Assembly (NCBI GenBank): GCA_034226945.1 | Contig: CP120463.1 | Span: 434,001 to 498,000 of the forward strand | DNA: 64,000 nucleotides | Origin: Picochlorum sp. SENEW3 | Taxonomy: Eukaryota | Reading direction: 5' to 3' | Part shown: piece by piece, positions 22,801 through 35,478 of the stretch | Numbering within the stretch: position 1 is the first letter of the stretch | Layout of the letters: every line of letters starts with the position of its first letter | Notes under the pieces: generated by a model | Seen by the model: the letters and a program-made list of their open reading frames with translations, nothing else | Databases searched by the model: none | What the model was told of the DNA's origin: nothing | Made by a program: the position numbers and the translations under genes

Positions 22801-24551
22801 TCATGGCAAAACTTCCAGACTCCAGTGGAGAAAAGGCCCCATTGCCAAGAGTCATTGGCGCCTTGGTAGAGCGTCGACGCCGTGTCAAAGACATGATCAA
22901 AGGAGAGAGGGATAGTGTGAAGAAGGAGCAGTTGAATATTAGACAGCAAGCCCTCAAATTGCTTGCAAATTCCATGTATGGGTGCTTGGGATTCTCAAAT
23001 TCAAGGTTCTATGCAAAATCGCTTGCAGAACTCATCACCTCCCAGGGAAGAGAGATTTTGCAGTCCACAGTCGAGCTTGTCCAAGGGAATATTGGAAGAA
23101 CTGTAATCTATGGTGATACGGATTCCATCATGGTGGATACGAGCACCGATCAGTTGGCTGATGTGATTGCCCTTGGGCACATTATCAAGAAGGAAGTGAA
23201 CAAGCGATATCGCCTCCTCGAGATTGAAATGGATGGTGTTTTCAAACGCATGTTGTTGCTCAAGAAGAAGAAGTACGCAGCCATCAAAATCGAGCGTGGT
23301 GCTGATGGAAAGGAGATTGAAGTTGTCGAGGCCAAAGGGCTGGATATGGTCCGTCGTGACTGGTGTCCACTTGCGAAGCAAGCATCTCAGTTCTGCTTGG
23401 ACCAAATTCTCAGTGGAAAGCCAAAAGAGGAGGTTGTCGGTGCAATTCATGAACACCTTGCCAATTTGGGAAACTCTGTCAGAGAAGGGACAGTACCTCT
23501 CAACAAGTATGTTGTGACAAAACAGCTTACTAAAAGGCCAGAGGATTATCCAGATGCCAAAAATCAACCACATGTGCAAGTCGCCTTGAGAAGGAGAGCT
23601 GCTGGAAAGCGAGATGGTGTCATGCCTGGTGAGACCATCCCATACATCATGTGCTCAGAAACTGGAGAGGATGGTACCATCTTGGAGCAATCCCTGGCCG
23701 AACGTGCAAGAAGTCCAGAAGAAATCTCATCTTCCGGTGGCAAACTAAAAGTTGATACAGACTACTATATTTCACAGCAAGTATTCCCAGTCATCTGTCG
23801 TCTTGTAGCACCCATTGAGGGTACAGATGCAGCGCACATTGCAGAAAGTCTTGGCATGGATGCCAGCAAGTTCAAGGCAACAGGCCTGCACGCCACGCTC
23901 AACCCAACAGAAGCCTTGGAAAATGCTCTTTCAGGACTGGATGACGATGACAGATTCAAGGACTGCGTGCCATTGGAACTCAAATCACGTTCAGGGAAGA
24001 TGTTTGAATTCAAAGGAGTCAGAGAACTCCTCAAAGTTGACGATGCAGCTGTCGCCTGTGCCTTCGATGCCCCAGGTGAGGATGCACCCCTCACACCAGC
24101 GCAAATTGCAAACCAGACGCGTCTCCGATCCCGCAGCGCCATCAAAAAGTACTATCAGGGCTGGATGGTTAGTGATGACGAGATGAACCCTTGCAGAACT
24201 AGAAACATTTGCCTCAGGGATTTACCAGATACTGCTCCAGGTACCGCACCTCCAGATCTGAGGTGTTCTGGAACGATGCATCCAGAAGTATCAGAGGCAA
24301 AGCTGTATACAGAACTCTCATACCTATCCAGACTCTTTGATATTGATGGAGCTGTCAAGGCGCTGGGACAGAACAATGAACGTGCAAAAACCGCTGCCTT
24401 GACCAAACTTGCACCCATCCGAAACGCACTGGATTTCACCGCAGCTCAATCTGCTGTCCTCCTCAACAAATCTGGTTACAAGTGGATCGACCTGTCATCC
24501 TTGTTTGGCACACTTGGTCAGCACAAGAAGCACATTGGATCTGTCCATTGA
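19825..24551 (+). CDS. POLA1: DNA polymerase alpha catalytic subunit; exons 19825-20032, 20103-20430, 20504-24551
   Basis: N-terminal VYDEVNEDEYARIV...GFVVGHDGLGYTDIGEE; B-family motifs LLLDFNSLYPSIIQEYNICF, QQALKLLANSMYGCLG, YGDTDS, KGLDMVRRDWC. Confidence 0.97.
20439..20468. repeat. compound microsatellite (AT)n(GT)n in POLA1 intron 2
   Basis: Directly visible AT run followed by GT run. Confidence 0.9.
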
Positions 24552-24649
24552 CTGAGGGCACTCAAAAATACAATTGACTGACCCACTCCATGTAACACGT
24601 GTTATTAGTACATGTAATTATCTTTATAATTCACGCATCAAAGGCCATC

Positions 24650-25745
24650 ATGCCAAAGGATGGCAAGAAACTTGTCTTGGGCATTGAAGGTTCAGCAAAC
24701 AAAATTGGAGTAGGCATTGTGAACGAAGATGGCGATATTCTAAGCAATCCAAGACATACGTAAGTTGATATACCGGCATTGGTTGGACAATGCGCGATCA
24801 GACTGACCTCTTTGCAAGATGTCATGCAGATACATAACTCCGCCAGGTGAAGGTTTTCTTCCGAGGGAAACCTCAATTCACCATCGAGAATGGGCTGTTC
24901 CTTTAGTTAAGCAAGCATTGGAAGAAGCGAGCGTCTCATCGGAGCAGATTGACTGCATTGCATTCACAAAAGGCCCTGGTATGGGTGGACCACTGGCAAC
25001 CTGTGCTCTTGTCGCTCGAATGTTATCATTGATGTGGAAGGTACCAATCATAGGAGTCAATCATTGTGTTGGACACATTGAAATGGGTCGACTTGTCACA
25101 GGTGCAGAGGATCCAGTGGTGCTGTATGTGAGTGGAGGCAACACACAAGTTATTGCGTACTCTGAGAAAAAGTATAGAATCTTTGGAGAAACCATTGATA
25201 TGGCGGTTGGGAATTGCTTGGATAAATTCGCCCGAGTACTAGGGCTATCGAATGATCCAGCGCCGGGATACAACATTGAGCAATTAGCGAAGAAGGGGAA
25301 AAAGTATATACCATTGCCATACTGTGTCAAGGGCATGGATGTTTCATTTTCTGGCATTCTCACATCTGCGGAAACCCTGGTCAAAGAACTGATTCCGAAA
25401 GGAAAGGCAACCCCAGCGGACATGTGCTTTTCTCTTCAGGAGACGATTTTTGCCATGCTTGTGGAAATTACGGAACGAACCATGGCGCATGTCGGTGCAA
25501 ATGATGTACTGATTGTGGGTGGCGTTGGATGTAATGTTAGGCTTCAGGAAATGATGAATACAATGGCCAAGGAGCGAGATGGCAGACTGTACGCCACAGA
25601 TGATAGATATTGTATAGATAATGGTGCCATGATTGCATGGCCAGGGTATTTGGCATGGAAGTGTGGGCAGACGACGCCAATTGAAGAGACCTGGTGCACC
25701 CAACGGTTTCGAACAGATGAAATGGTGATTGAATGGAGAGAGTAG
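24650..25745 (+). CDS. KAE1: t6A synthase Kae1/OSGEP; intron 24760-24829
   Basis: [69 protein letters not shown]. Confidence 0.96.
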
Positions 25746-25806
25746 ATCAGCAATCAAGTATTAATTCGTTTACATACTCAGTATCATACATATTGTTTGA
25801 AGTGCT

Positions 25807-26829
25807 TTATTCTAAGAGCTGCCGCAATGCGTTGGCCTTGTCTCCTGCAAGCTGATGAACCGGGAATCTAACAGAAAACTTGAGCTTCAAATTGCCCCGC
25901 TTCCCTGGACTCTTTGAAATGGGCATTCCTTCATTCGCAACGACTCGTTCATATCCTGGTTTAATAACTTCTTTCAATGGGACTCTCAAAATTCTATTAT
26001 CTAGCGATTTCACATCAATCTTGTTGCCCTCAGTCAATGCTTGAGCCAAGGTGACTGTCACAGTGGTGACAAGATCATCACCCTGTCTCTGAAACACTGG
26101 GTGAGGCTTTTGCGACACTACAAACACCAAATCTTGAGCCGGTCGACCAGGATATTCATCGCCTTTGCCAGGAAATGTGATTCGTGTACCTTCCTTCCAT
26201 CCAGCCTTGACAGGAATCTCAAGAGTCTCCTCCACCTTCATAGACTTTCCAGTCCCACCATCTACAATACTCCTTGTTACCTTGCGCTTCTTCGTCGTTC
26301 CAGTATACAACTCTTCTAACGTGAGATTCAGTGGCACCTCAACCTTTTGTGGAGCACTCGGTCGGCGACCACCCATGCCTCCCATACCTCCCATGCCTCC
26401 AAATCCTCCAAACAAATCATCATCCATACCACCCATGGATGCACCAAACCCTCTTCTAGAACCGCCACCCATCCCTCCAAATCCACCACCTCCACCAAAC
26501 AAGTTCTCAAAGATATGACGCGCCATATCATCATCCATATGATACGATCCTCCAGCAAATCCGCCCGGCATGCCATTCTGCCCACCACCTGGAGGAACTC
26601 CTGATTTCAACCCCTCCTCTCCATACGTATCATATATCTCTCGCTTCTCAGGATCCGATAACACATCATACGCTTCTGAAATCTCCTTGAACTTTTTCGT
26701 CGCCTCTTCCTGGTTATCAGGGTTCTTATCAGGATGCCACTTCACAGCCAACTTTCTGTACGCCTTTTTCAACTCAGCATCCGTTGCTGTCTTCCCAACT
26801 CCCAGAATACCATAATAATCAGCTCCCAT
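25807..26829 (-). CDS. type II DnaJ/Hsp40 (Sis1/DNAJB-like)
   Basis: [11 protein letters not shown]...WHPDKN J-domain, G/F- and G/M-rich linker, C-terminal substrate-binding domain, no Zn finger. Confidence 0.95.
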   Translation of the reverse strand: MGADYYGILGVGKTATDAELKKAYRKLAVKWHPDKNPDNQEEATKKFKEISEAYDVLSDPEKREIYDTYGEEGLKSGVPPGGGQNGMPGGFAGGSYHMDDDMARHIFENLFGGGGGFGGMGGGSRRGFGASMGGMDDDLFGGFGGMGGMGGMGGRRPSAPQKVEVPLNLTLEELYTGTTKKRKVTRSIVDGGTGKSMKVEETLEIPVKAGWKEGTRITFPGKGDEYPGRPAQDLVFVVSQKPHPVFQRQGDDLVTTVTVTLAQALTEGNKIDVKSLDNRILRVPLKEVIKPGYERVVANEGMPISKSPGKRGNLKLKFSVRFPVHQLAGDKANALRQLLE

Positions 26830-27395
26830 ATCGCCTGCTGATCCTCTTTTTCGCTTTGCCCTCGCCTGTCGCTCCACGGTAACGCCTTGTTTTTTTTCAA
26901 AAATCAAAGTCCCACACACACGCTCGCGTATATCAACGCCTTTGTCTTAACAAACTGTATTGGATCAGAATAAGGTTGCTACAAAACATGTATCAATTAT
27001 ATTCACTGTCCGATGGACCAGATTCGGATCTATATAGAATTATTTTTTCTGGAACCTTCGATTCGGGGATGTCCATAAAGTACGGTCAAACACTGTGTTG
27101 AACCGAGGGACAACAGAATTCCATCCACCCGATTCCGTGTATAGATACATTATGAATGACAAGAAATGCGTGATCCGGATAATGGTCCAAAGGACGCATC
27201 CACTGTACATCGAAATACCTTGCCTTTTAACTCTTCTCATATTCGATACGTTCCAGCAACGAGATAAGAATCGGAGGGCGCCATTTAGACGCTGGCATTG
27301 TCATCTCAACAACAACAATGCTACAAACAAAGGACATGTGATTGACACTTGCCTACAACAGCAAATTCGTCATTCTCGTCATTTAGAAAGCCAAC

Positions 27396-28040
27396 ATGGT
27401 TTCTGGAACTCGATCAGCTGGGAATGGAACGAAGCAGCAGCAGCAGAAGAAGGATGCTCATGACGGTAGTCATGCCAAGTTGGCAGAGGGCAAGGCAGAC
27501 CATGCCGTGGCAAAGGGTGGTTGGAGCGAAGAGGAAGATCGGGTCTTTGAAAACTCACTCGCACAATACTGGGATTTTCCTGATAGGTTTGAAAAGTGTG
27601 CGTCAATGTTGTCGAGGAAGAATCTCACGGATGTGATTGCTCGGTTTAAAGAATTAGATGAAGATATTAGGAATATAGAAATGGGTCGGGTGCAGATGCC
27701 AGCATATCCTGTGCCAGGTGAAGCGTTGTCGATATCACAGCTGCAGAAAAAGGTCAAGAGTCAAGATACGGAGCGGCGAAAGGGTATTCCGTGGACGGAG
27801 GAGGAGCACAGGTTGTTTTTAATGGGACTGGCAAAGTATGGCAAGGGTGACTGGAGGTCCATTTCTAGGAATTTTGTGATTACGAGAACTCCGACACAGG
27901 TGGCGAGTCATGCCCAAAAGTACTTTATACGGTTGAATTCTCAAAACAAAAAAGATAAGAGGCGTGCATCCATCCATGATATCACCTCGGTGCATCCCGA
28001 GTATAAAAAGAAGCCAAAAAAGAGCACCAAAAAAGAGTAG
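27396..28040 (+). CDS. MYB-related transcription factor, DIVARICATA/SRM1 (R-R) type
   Basis: SANT repeat [14 protein letters not shown], then [16 protein letters not shown]...VASHAQKYF...[10 protein letters not shown]. Confidence 0.93.
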   Translation: MVSGTRSAGNGTKQQQQKKDAHDGSHAKLAEGKADHAVAKGGWSEEEDRVFENSLAQYWDFPDRFEKCASMLSRKNLTDVIARFKELDEDIRNIEMGRVQMPAYPVPGEALSISQLQKKVKSQDTERRKGIPWTEEEHRLFLMGLAKYGKGDWRSISRNFVITRTPTQVASHAQKYFIRLNSQNKKDKRRASIHDITSVHPEYKKKPKKSTKKE

Positions 28041-28304
28041 TAGAAAGAAAAATCCCGTCGGGATGGTACCGACACATCCATATCGATATATTATTTTTTT
28101 GTGTGTTTGTTGTAGAAAAATGTTACAAGTTACAAGAAGTGTGGTCCTGCAAATCTCCTCTCATCGTCAAAAAAATCGTCTCTTTTGATCGTGTGCCAGC
28201 CACTGCCAACAAGGGCTGTGATTGTGTGCAATGCATTCTGTGGGGTCCACTGTATATCATTATATTGCTGAATTTTTCAATACCGAGATGTTCCTCTGCT
28301 TGCG

Positions 28305-29959
28305 TCATTCGTATGCGTCTTTGGGCGCAATGGCAAGAGACAGGCATGCTGCTGCCGTTCCCACTGGCCTCAAGTTTTCTCCCTTTATGCGATGCTCATT
28401 CTTCTTCTTAAAAGCAAGCACGCTTGATTCGATCTTCTGCTTCAAAGAAGGATCTTTCTCGGAGGGTCCCAATGCCGCTTTCTTCCCCTGGCGCTGCAGC
28501 AATGTCTGTCTGATTGCCTCAAAGAAGCAGAAGAAGATTGCTGAATTCAATCCATTGGACAATGCACGCGGTCCAATACCCCTAAAGAAGGACGCGACAC
28601 CTTTTCCTTCGCTAACAATCGCTTTTGCCGCACTAAAGAATGTAGGACGTGAACTAGCTGTACACATCATGACTGTTTTGATGACATCTAATGGGGTTGT
28701 GGCCGCAGCTGCAGCCGCTCCAGCAAAGCCACCCATGGCGAGATCTTCTACGACAGATGCAGGACGATCTCCTCTCATGTGACTATGAACTTTTCGTAAA
28801 CTCTCATACACGGCAAATTTCACAGCCATGTCTGGCACATCCTCCAGAATCGTGGGCAAGAAGCCCGTGAACAACCCCCTCACCCCGGCAGCCGACACAA
28901 TCGATTTGGCAGCATTGAATAGATTGCTATACACTCCTGCTTGAACAGACCGAATACACACCGCTAAAGGAACCTTGACAACACTGCTTCCGAGAGCAGC
29001 TGCCCCACCTGCCACAAACGCTGTAGACCCATCATTCAATTTTGTCTTGCTCTTCAACACATTCTTCGTCGTCGAGTAAAACGCAAAATACGTCCCAATG
29101 ATTATACCAGCTCCAGAAGCAGCCCCTATGACACCTTTATATAATCCTCTGAATTCATACAGACCTCTGTGAATCTTCAACCCCATCCTCTTCATCGTCC
29201 CTCTTCCATGAAGAGACACTCCCTTCCTTACATGACGAGGCCCTGCCTGCATTCTAACCTTCATTGTATCCAGCGGATGAATCGTCCCTTGCGACGCCGC
29301 ACGTGCCACAGCTCCAGCCACAACATCATGTGCTGGCTTTGTATCAGGCTTTGGCGGTGGTGGCGGTGCCACACTGTTCGCAGATGCCGCCGCAGCCACC
29401 GTCACACCCTCTGATTTATCCATCAATAAACTACCTGAAGGCACCGGTGACATGAACACCCGCCTCAAAGCCAAGGTAATAGCAGTCCCTGTAGCAGCTG
29501 TGACCACCCCCTGCAAGCACATCAACCAACCAATCAATCACTCTCTCATCCACCCTGATGCATGGAAAGTCAAACAGCTATACAGATGTTCGTATCAAAA
29601 CCAAGACTGGCCCATCCACCGAGCAAACCTTGGATCACCCAAAAATGCCACATTCGCCATGATCAACGACGCCCACCACCGACAAACCCATAAACCCATT
29701 CAAAGTATACTAAAATTCACATATATACCAATTTCCTACCCACCAATATCCCTCAGCCCCAACCCCACCCCATACAGAATCAGCCGCGCACGGCAGCCCC
29801 TTTCCCGCGTTCCAGAGTCTCCCACGGACATACCTGAGTTACGCTGCAAAACGGTGGACCGACTCCTAGATGTGCCTTTCTTTCTTCTATAGAGATGATA
29901 CTGGGATCAACTGAACAGTCTACTGATGAATGCCCACGAACGCAGTGTTGCTTCACCAT
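28305..29959 (-). CDS. mitochondrial carrier family protein (SAM-carrier-like); probable exons 29959-29834 and 29510-28305
   Basis: Three carrier repeats (HPLDTMKVRMQ, VPLAVCIRSVQ, TPLDVIKTVM). Phase-0 CAG|GTATGT donor matches phase-0 TGCAG acceptor. The 5' exon is less certain. Confidence 0.85.
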
Positions 29960-30340
29960 GGCGTTGTTGCTCTGCAAAACTTTGACAATCGAACGACACG
30001 TAGACCTATGATAGGCACGCGTATACGTTACTGAATTGTCAATACGTCTATCACTGAACCAAGGATTCTGTCCAATAGGTATCCTCGAGTTGAAGGAATT
30101 TTGATTTGTCAGCCACGGGCGTTGACAGTGCGCGGTTGTCGAGTCACTCGGCTCACAGGGCACTGATCCACATTCAATAGCGACAATCGTTGAATAAGAA
30201 ATAGTAGTGTGTGGAGGAATGGGGGATTGAGGGCTTTGGATGCGAGGTCACAGATGTGCCAATCACACGCCTCGGGGGCGTTGCCCATGTAGCCATGGCA
30301 TTGATGGGAGATGTGTGTGTTGTATTGCATGGAGCGGTTG

Positions 30341-32128
30341 TTACACGAGGTATTTGTAATAGAGCTGTGAATTTCTGGAGGCGTCTATTACCTTTCTACG
30401 AGATTCTGGTAGTAGTGTCGACTCATGAGCTACTCCTGCGGAATGGAAGCCTCGCTGTTGGAACCAGTCTGCTGTGCGGGTGGTGAGGAGGACGAGGACA
30501 CTGATGCCCAGTGAGCTGGACCTGTCTTCTATATACTCCAAGAGTGTATCACCTTTTCCTCCTCCTCTGTATTCAGGATGGACACAGAATGCTCCGAGTT
30601 CTGCAACCATGTCTCCGTCATTGTTTTGGCCCAATGGTCTCATCGAGGCACAGGCCAAGAGCTGATTTTCTCTCTCCAGGACTGTGAAATGGGACACATC
30701 ATCTGCCAGGCTCTGATGAGTTCGGTGAACGAGGACTCCTTTTTCCACCATTGGTTGCAAGAGATCGTAAATGCGAGTCACATCTGTGCTCGTGGCACGG
30801 CGGATTCCTTCATAAAAGTCTGATGAGATCATGGATCCAACACCATCTGTTGAATACAGTTCTAACAACAGCGCTCCATCTATACTCGCATCTATCAAAT
30901 GTGCTCGCTTGACACCAGCTTTGCATACCATACACGCCGCGAGCAGCGGCATGGGCAAGCCTAATTCATACCATGTGTCAAAGTCCAGCTCATCTTCTGC
31001 TCTTTTGAATGCTTCCTCATCAGAGCCATGGTCGAGTGATGGCGCCCTTGTATCAGATGCGTGACGTCCATCCATGATTGTTTCCCGGGATGTATTGAGG
31101 AGGAGATTTTCTGCCTCTTGCAAAGGTAACCACGCTGGGAGCATGTCAAGCGTTGGATCTCCCCCTGGAGGTGCCACTACAATTAGCTTGTCTGCATTCA
31201 AATCTATTGCCGCTCTCACCGCGACTGAATAAATATCACAGTTTAAAGGTTCTCCAGAAGCCGAATAACCTAGATTGGACAGTAACACAACGTTTCCGTT
31301 CTTTAGTTGATGGCGTACAGCATCAGCCTGGATAAACCTGACAGAGCCAGTGTGCTGGTAATCTACTCCCCCTACAACACCTTTCCGCTTGGCAGCGACA
31401 TAATTACCAGATACTGTGGTGACTGTCGGTGCTTGGGATCTTGCTGCGCTACTGCCCCGTGCATGCCGGCGCATCATGGTTATTGTTGGTGCTTTGGAGA
31501 GCCTTGCCTCCACCATCATCCGAGCTGCCCCGGCAGCTGACACTGCAGCCTTCATGGCTACATCATCAGTCACTCTATATCCTTTAGCATACTGAGGTTC
31601 GCTCCCTTTGGCACGGATAGCCTCATTGATCTGCATACGAGCCCCGACAACAACTACCAAATGGACTCCCAGGCCATGAAGTAATGCCACATCCTGCAGG
31701 AGCGTGTCCAGCACATCTTGCCGATCAACAACCTCACCAGGCACTGCTATGACAAAGGATCTACCCCTGTGACCTTCGATATAAGGCGATGCCTGCCTGA
31801 AGAACTTTACAAACAACCCATACTGTTCCCGGTCTAAAGAACCACCACTCGCCCTGCCCGTTGTGGTCGGCTGACTATTGGGTTCAACGTCGATCGACGC
31901 ATCATATTCGTATAATGAATGTGATTTCATGCCATGATGGTGTCTTGGATGGACAATATATGACTGAAAAGCGATCGGTCGGTGTCCCTGCCTGCTGGCA
32001 GTTTGTGCAGTGGAGGAAAAAAACAGACTCGTACCCCTGGATGGCTGGCAGCTGCCCAGCCCCGTCATCATATGGACGCCAGCAGAGTATTCGCTTCTAT
32101 ATAGTACTGTCATGAATACACGAGACAT
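30341..32128 (-). CDS. NAGS: N-acetylglutamate synthase (plant/argA type, kinase-like + GNAT domains), likely plastid-targeted
   Basis: FVKFFRQASPYIEGHRG, VSGNYVAAKRKGVVGGVDY, GALLLELYSTDGVGSMI, LLTTRTADWFQQRGF. Start uncertain (32200/32128/32071). Confidence 0.93.
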   Translation of the reverse strand: MSRVFMTVLYRSEYSAGVHMMTGLGSCQPSRGTSLFFSSTAQTASRQGHRPIAFQSYIVHPRHHHGMKSHSLYEYDASIDVEPNSQPTTTGRASGGSLDREQYGLFVKFFRQASPYIEGHRGRSFVIAVPGEVVDRQDVLDTLLQDVALLHGLGVHLVVVVGARMQINEAIRAKGSEPQYAKGYRVTDDVAMKAAVSAAGAARMMVEARLSKAPTITMMRRHARGSSAARSQAPTVTTVSGNYVAAKRKGVVGGVDYQHTGSVRFIQADAVRHQLKNGNVVLLSNLGYSASGEPLNCDIYSVAVRAAIDLNADKLIVVAPPGGDPTLDMLPAWLPLQEAENLLLNTSRETIMDGRHASDTRAPSLDHGSDEEAFKRAEDELDFDTWYELGLPMPLLAACMVCKAGVKRAHLIDASIDGALLLELYSTDGVGSMISSDFYEGIRRATSTDVTRIYDLLQPMVEKGVLVHRTHQSLADDVSHFTVLERENQLLACASMRPLGQNNDGDMVAELGAFCVHPEYRGGGKGDTLLEYIEDRSSSLGISVLVLLTTRTADWFQQRGFHSAGVAHESTLLPESRRKVIDASRNSQLYYKYLV

Positions 32129-32258
32129 AGTCTTTTCTTCGAGAAGGTGATGATGAAGAAGAAGAGTAAGGCTGACTGTAATTAGATAGAATACGAACAT
32201 TGGTCGAAGTAAATAAAGGCTGGTCCTTGATCCTGTCAGACTGGTCTGTTTTATGAAT

Positions 32259-33747
32259 ATGGTTCGATCAGTACTCGTGGACGCTTCTTGTCAGCAATAT
32301 GCTGACGAGAGGATGCTCAAACGAGCTCCAGCAGAGGTGGGGTTGTTGCTGTGTAGAGCGCTCTCGAACAATAACGCTGAGTTTTTCTGTTTTTGAATCA
32401 CAATTGACTATTTAATTGCAGGTCGGTATTCTTATTGGGCGCCGAACGAGCTCAAAGGATTTTGTTCTCCAATTCATTGCCACCCCAGAGGAAGAAGAGG
32501 GACACGGTGCCGTGCGAGTTGTTGGGGGGCGTTCTGGGAAGTCTTCATCCAGTCTAGAATTTGACACAGAATGGATTAGTGAGCATGCATGCCAGTTGGG
32601 GAGGATACTTCCTGGGGGGTTGTGTGTCTTGGGGGTGTATGTATTCTGTGAGAGTGGTGCATTTCAGGGATCACAGAGCGCCTTGGCTGGGCTTTTGGCA
32701 CAGATTGAAAACACCATGATCTTGGGAAAAAAGGATATGGTGAATTTGATTGTGCATGTCGATGCGGGGAGGGGTGTTTTGTCAGCAAAGGAGAAGGATG
32801 GGGCAGGTTCCATGCTCAAGCCATGTGATCTGAAGAATTCTTCACTCCTGACCGAGATGGTTGAGATACAGTGCCTGTATCCATTGAATGTACGGGTTGA
32901 TATATGTAGCGATAAGAGTCTCTTGTGTGATTTGATCAATGAATTAGTTACGTATGAGGTGGAGCAACGAGTAAGCAAGGCTGTACCATTGTTCCATGGT
33001 CAGATTCCTGAGAGTCAGGAGAGCATGATCCATGACATGAAGAGGGAAGGATTCGATCATATTCCTCTGGAATTTCTTATACCGATTTCTAGATATGGCA
33101 TACCAGCTGTAGGGGTGAAGAAAGCGCATAAGAGAGAGTTGAGTGGTACATATTATTCAAAAGGGCAGTTTACCCTGACTGGGAATATGGAATGTAGAGC
33201 ATATGTGTTCAATCGCGAAAAGGTAGATGATACCATTAGTGCTATCAAAGAAGATATAGAGTCATCGTTAAGGTCACGACTGGAAGTTTTGATCGAAGCA
33301 GCAGAGATGGCAACTGAAGCTATGGAACAGCAGCAGCCGCGGACCAGCAACAAGGACAGCAAGTCATCCGATGTGAGCCGCAAGCATCCACTGCTAGATA
33401 CTATAGGACATGTAGGAGCATACGAACCTCAGTTTCCACAGAGAGCGTTTTTGAAATGGAAGATAGGCGCGTGTACATACTGTGATTACATTGTTCAAGG
33501 GGATGGAGTGTCAGAGGCTCTTCATCGGGTTAGGGAACTTGTTGGACCTGGGCGGGTCGATGCCAGGACATTCCATTGCTCTGAAAATATTTTAGACAGT
33601 ATTGGGGCATCTGGGAAGGGGGCATCGAACAACAAGCCCGCACGAGGAGTACTTGAACGTCTTTTGTCTTCATGCAACATAATGCTCAGTGGAACCGCAA
33701 TGATTGTTGCCATCCTGGCAATTTTGGCATCGCTCTTACTCGTGTAA
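32259..33747 (+). CDS. ODR4: ODR-4 homolog (tail-anchored); intron ~32337-32421
   Basis: MVRSVLVD...|VGILIG...WISEHACQLGRILPGGLCVLGVYV, AIKEDIESSLRSRLE, FPQRAF..YCDY, C-terminal TM helix. Confidence 0.85.
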
Positions 33748-34398
33748 AAAGACATGATTGATCATTCTTTCAAGAGAGTGACATTTTTGTCGGGCCGTTC
33801 ATGTTGTTGCTGACTCACGTTTGGAACAACACCTGCCCCTAGGGGTGGGGGCCCTCGGCAGGTCGAACACATCATGCTCCAAGAGAGCCTGGTCGCCACA
33901 TTGTCACATCAAATGGCGATTGCTCGGTCCGAACTCTGCATGCTCCCTTAAAGATGCACGCGCATGTAATCATGAGCATATTTATTCTCTTCCGATTCTA
34001 TTTCAAAGACATCTCGTGGCAATTTCGTGATACATTCGGTCAATCGTTGCCAGACCTTTTACAAATCCAGCAGGTGCGTATTTTCTCCTTTATGGTCCCC
34101 TCATGCAAGCATCGCGTCGCTGCTCTCCTTTGCGATCGAGCCGGCGGTACAATGCCTGATTTTATGCTCTTCCACAGAAGATTGATCCTGCTCTGATGCG
34201 GATCACAGTAGAGCATGGCAGGCTAGTGTATCAATCCACATGCTTGGACCTGCAGTACCACTTGGACGACAGCTAATGCTCATGTGCCATGCAGGACTCG
34301 TGATCCACACTCCAGCGCTTGATTGTATAAAGAGAAGATTTGATACAGATACGAAGAGAAGATAGAACGTTTCGTCGAAGCCTCCAGTTTATGTCAAT

Positions 34399-35478
34399 AT
34401 GCAAAACTCACCGGAATTTCATTGGACAGCATCAGGGGTTTCGACTCCCATGGCATCCCCTATGCAGGCTCAAAACAGTCCAACCGCCATGGGAATAATT
34501 AGATATATGGTTTCAGATTCCATCAAGTCGAGAAGAACTGAAAGGCGAGGAGGTAGCTCAAAGTTGGGATCAAAGTACAGAGGAGTAACACATCATGCCC
34601 GCACAAACAGATATGAGAGTCATATTTGGGATGAGGGCAAGCAGCTTTATCTCGGTGGATTTTACAATGAACTTCAAGCAGCGTTGGCATATGATTTGGC
34701 AGCAACTCGCCTGCGTGGTGATGAAGCCATCCTTAATTTTGACAGGAATACATGTTCTGCAGAACTCGCAGAGCGCTTCTCTGTGACTCCAGAGCAGGTG
34801 ATTATGTGCCTTCGACAGCAAAGCAAAGACATGAATAAGGTCAATCAGAGTAGAGATTATACCACTGATGAATGGGAGTTGCACATGTCCCACGTCATCA
34901 ATCCATTAAAGCAGCATATTGGCGTGTATGCTTCTGAAGTTGAAGCAGCTCAAGCATACGACAGGGCCATGATCAGATGCATCGGCCTCGAAGCCGCTCC
35001 TCTCATCAATTTTCAGTTACTCGACTATTTGGATATGTTATCTGCGGACCAGATATCTGAAGCAATGCAGAGGGGATTAGTTCCATCGGTGATTCCACAG
35101 ACATTCTCACCAACATCCCCACCGACACCAATCTACACCGTAGAGAGCAATCTAGCTCAGCAAAATCATGGCATGAATGATTCAAAAGATGAAAAAGAAC
35201 AGCAGGTATCTCATCAAGCCAATTCAGCTGACACGCTGTCCCCTATGGACAGTCCTGATCCGTGTGGCCATGCAGTGAGGAGGAGAAGCAGTAACACACC
35301 ACGTAGTGTTCTTGACAGTAAAGATGATGACGAAGATGGCGATGCAGACCATGAAGTCGGAGTGAAAAGACAACAGAGAGAGGATGATGATGAAGAAGAA
35401 CTGTCTCCTCACTGCCAACGGAAGAGTAAGAGATTACAGCGTGAGTCTCCCAGCGATGAACAAGACGTATCTTCATGA
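34399..35478 (+). CDS. AP2-subfamily transcription factor (second AP2 repeat degenerate)
   Basis: [31 protein letters not shown]...AALAYDLAA; partial second repeat HIGVYASEVEAAQAYDRA. Confidence 0.88.
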   Translation: MQNSPEFHWTASGVSTPMASPMQAQNSPTAMGIIRYMVSDSIKSRRTERRGGSSKLGSKYRGVTHHARTNRYESHIWDEGKQLYLGGFYNELQAALAYDLAATRLRGDEAILNFDRNTCSAELAERFSVTPEQVIMCLRQQSKDMNKVNQSRDYTTDEWELHMSHVINPLKQHIGVYASEVEAAQAYDRAMIRCIGLEAAPLINFQLLDYLDMLSADQISEAMQRGLVPSVIPQTFSPTSPPTPIYTVESNLAQQNHGMNDSKDEKEQQVSHQANSADTLSPMDSPDPCGHAVRRRSSNTPRSVLDSKDDDEDGDADHEVGVKRQQREDDDEEELSPHCQRKSKRLQRESPSDEQDVSS

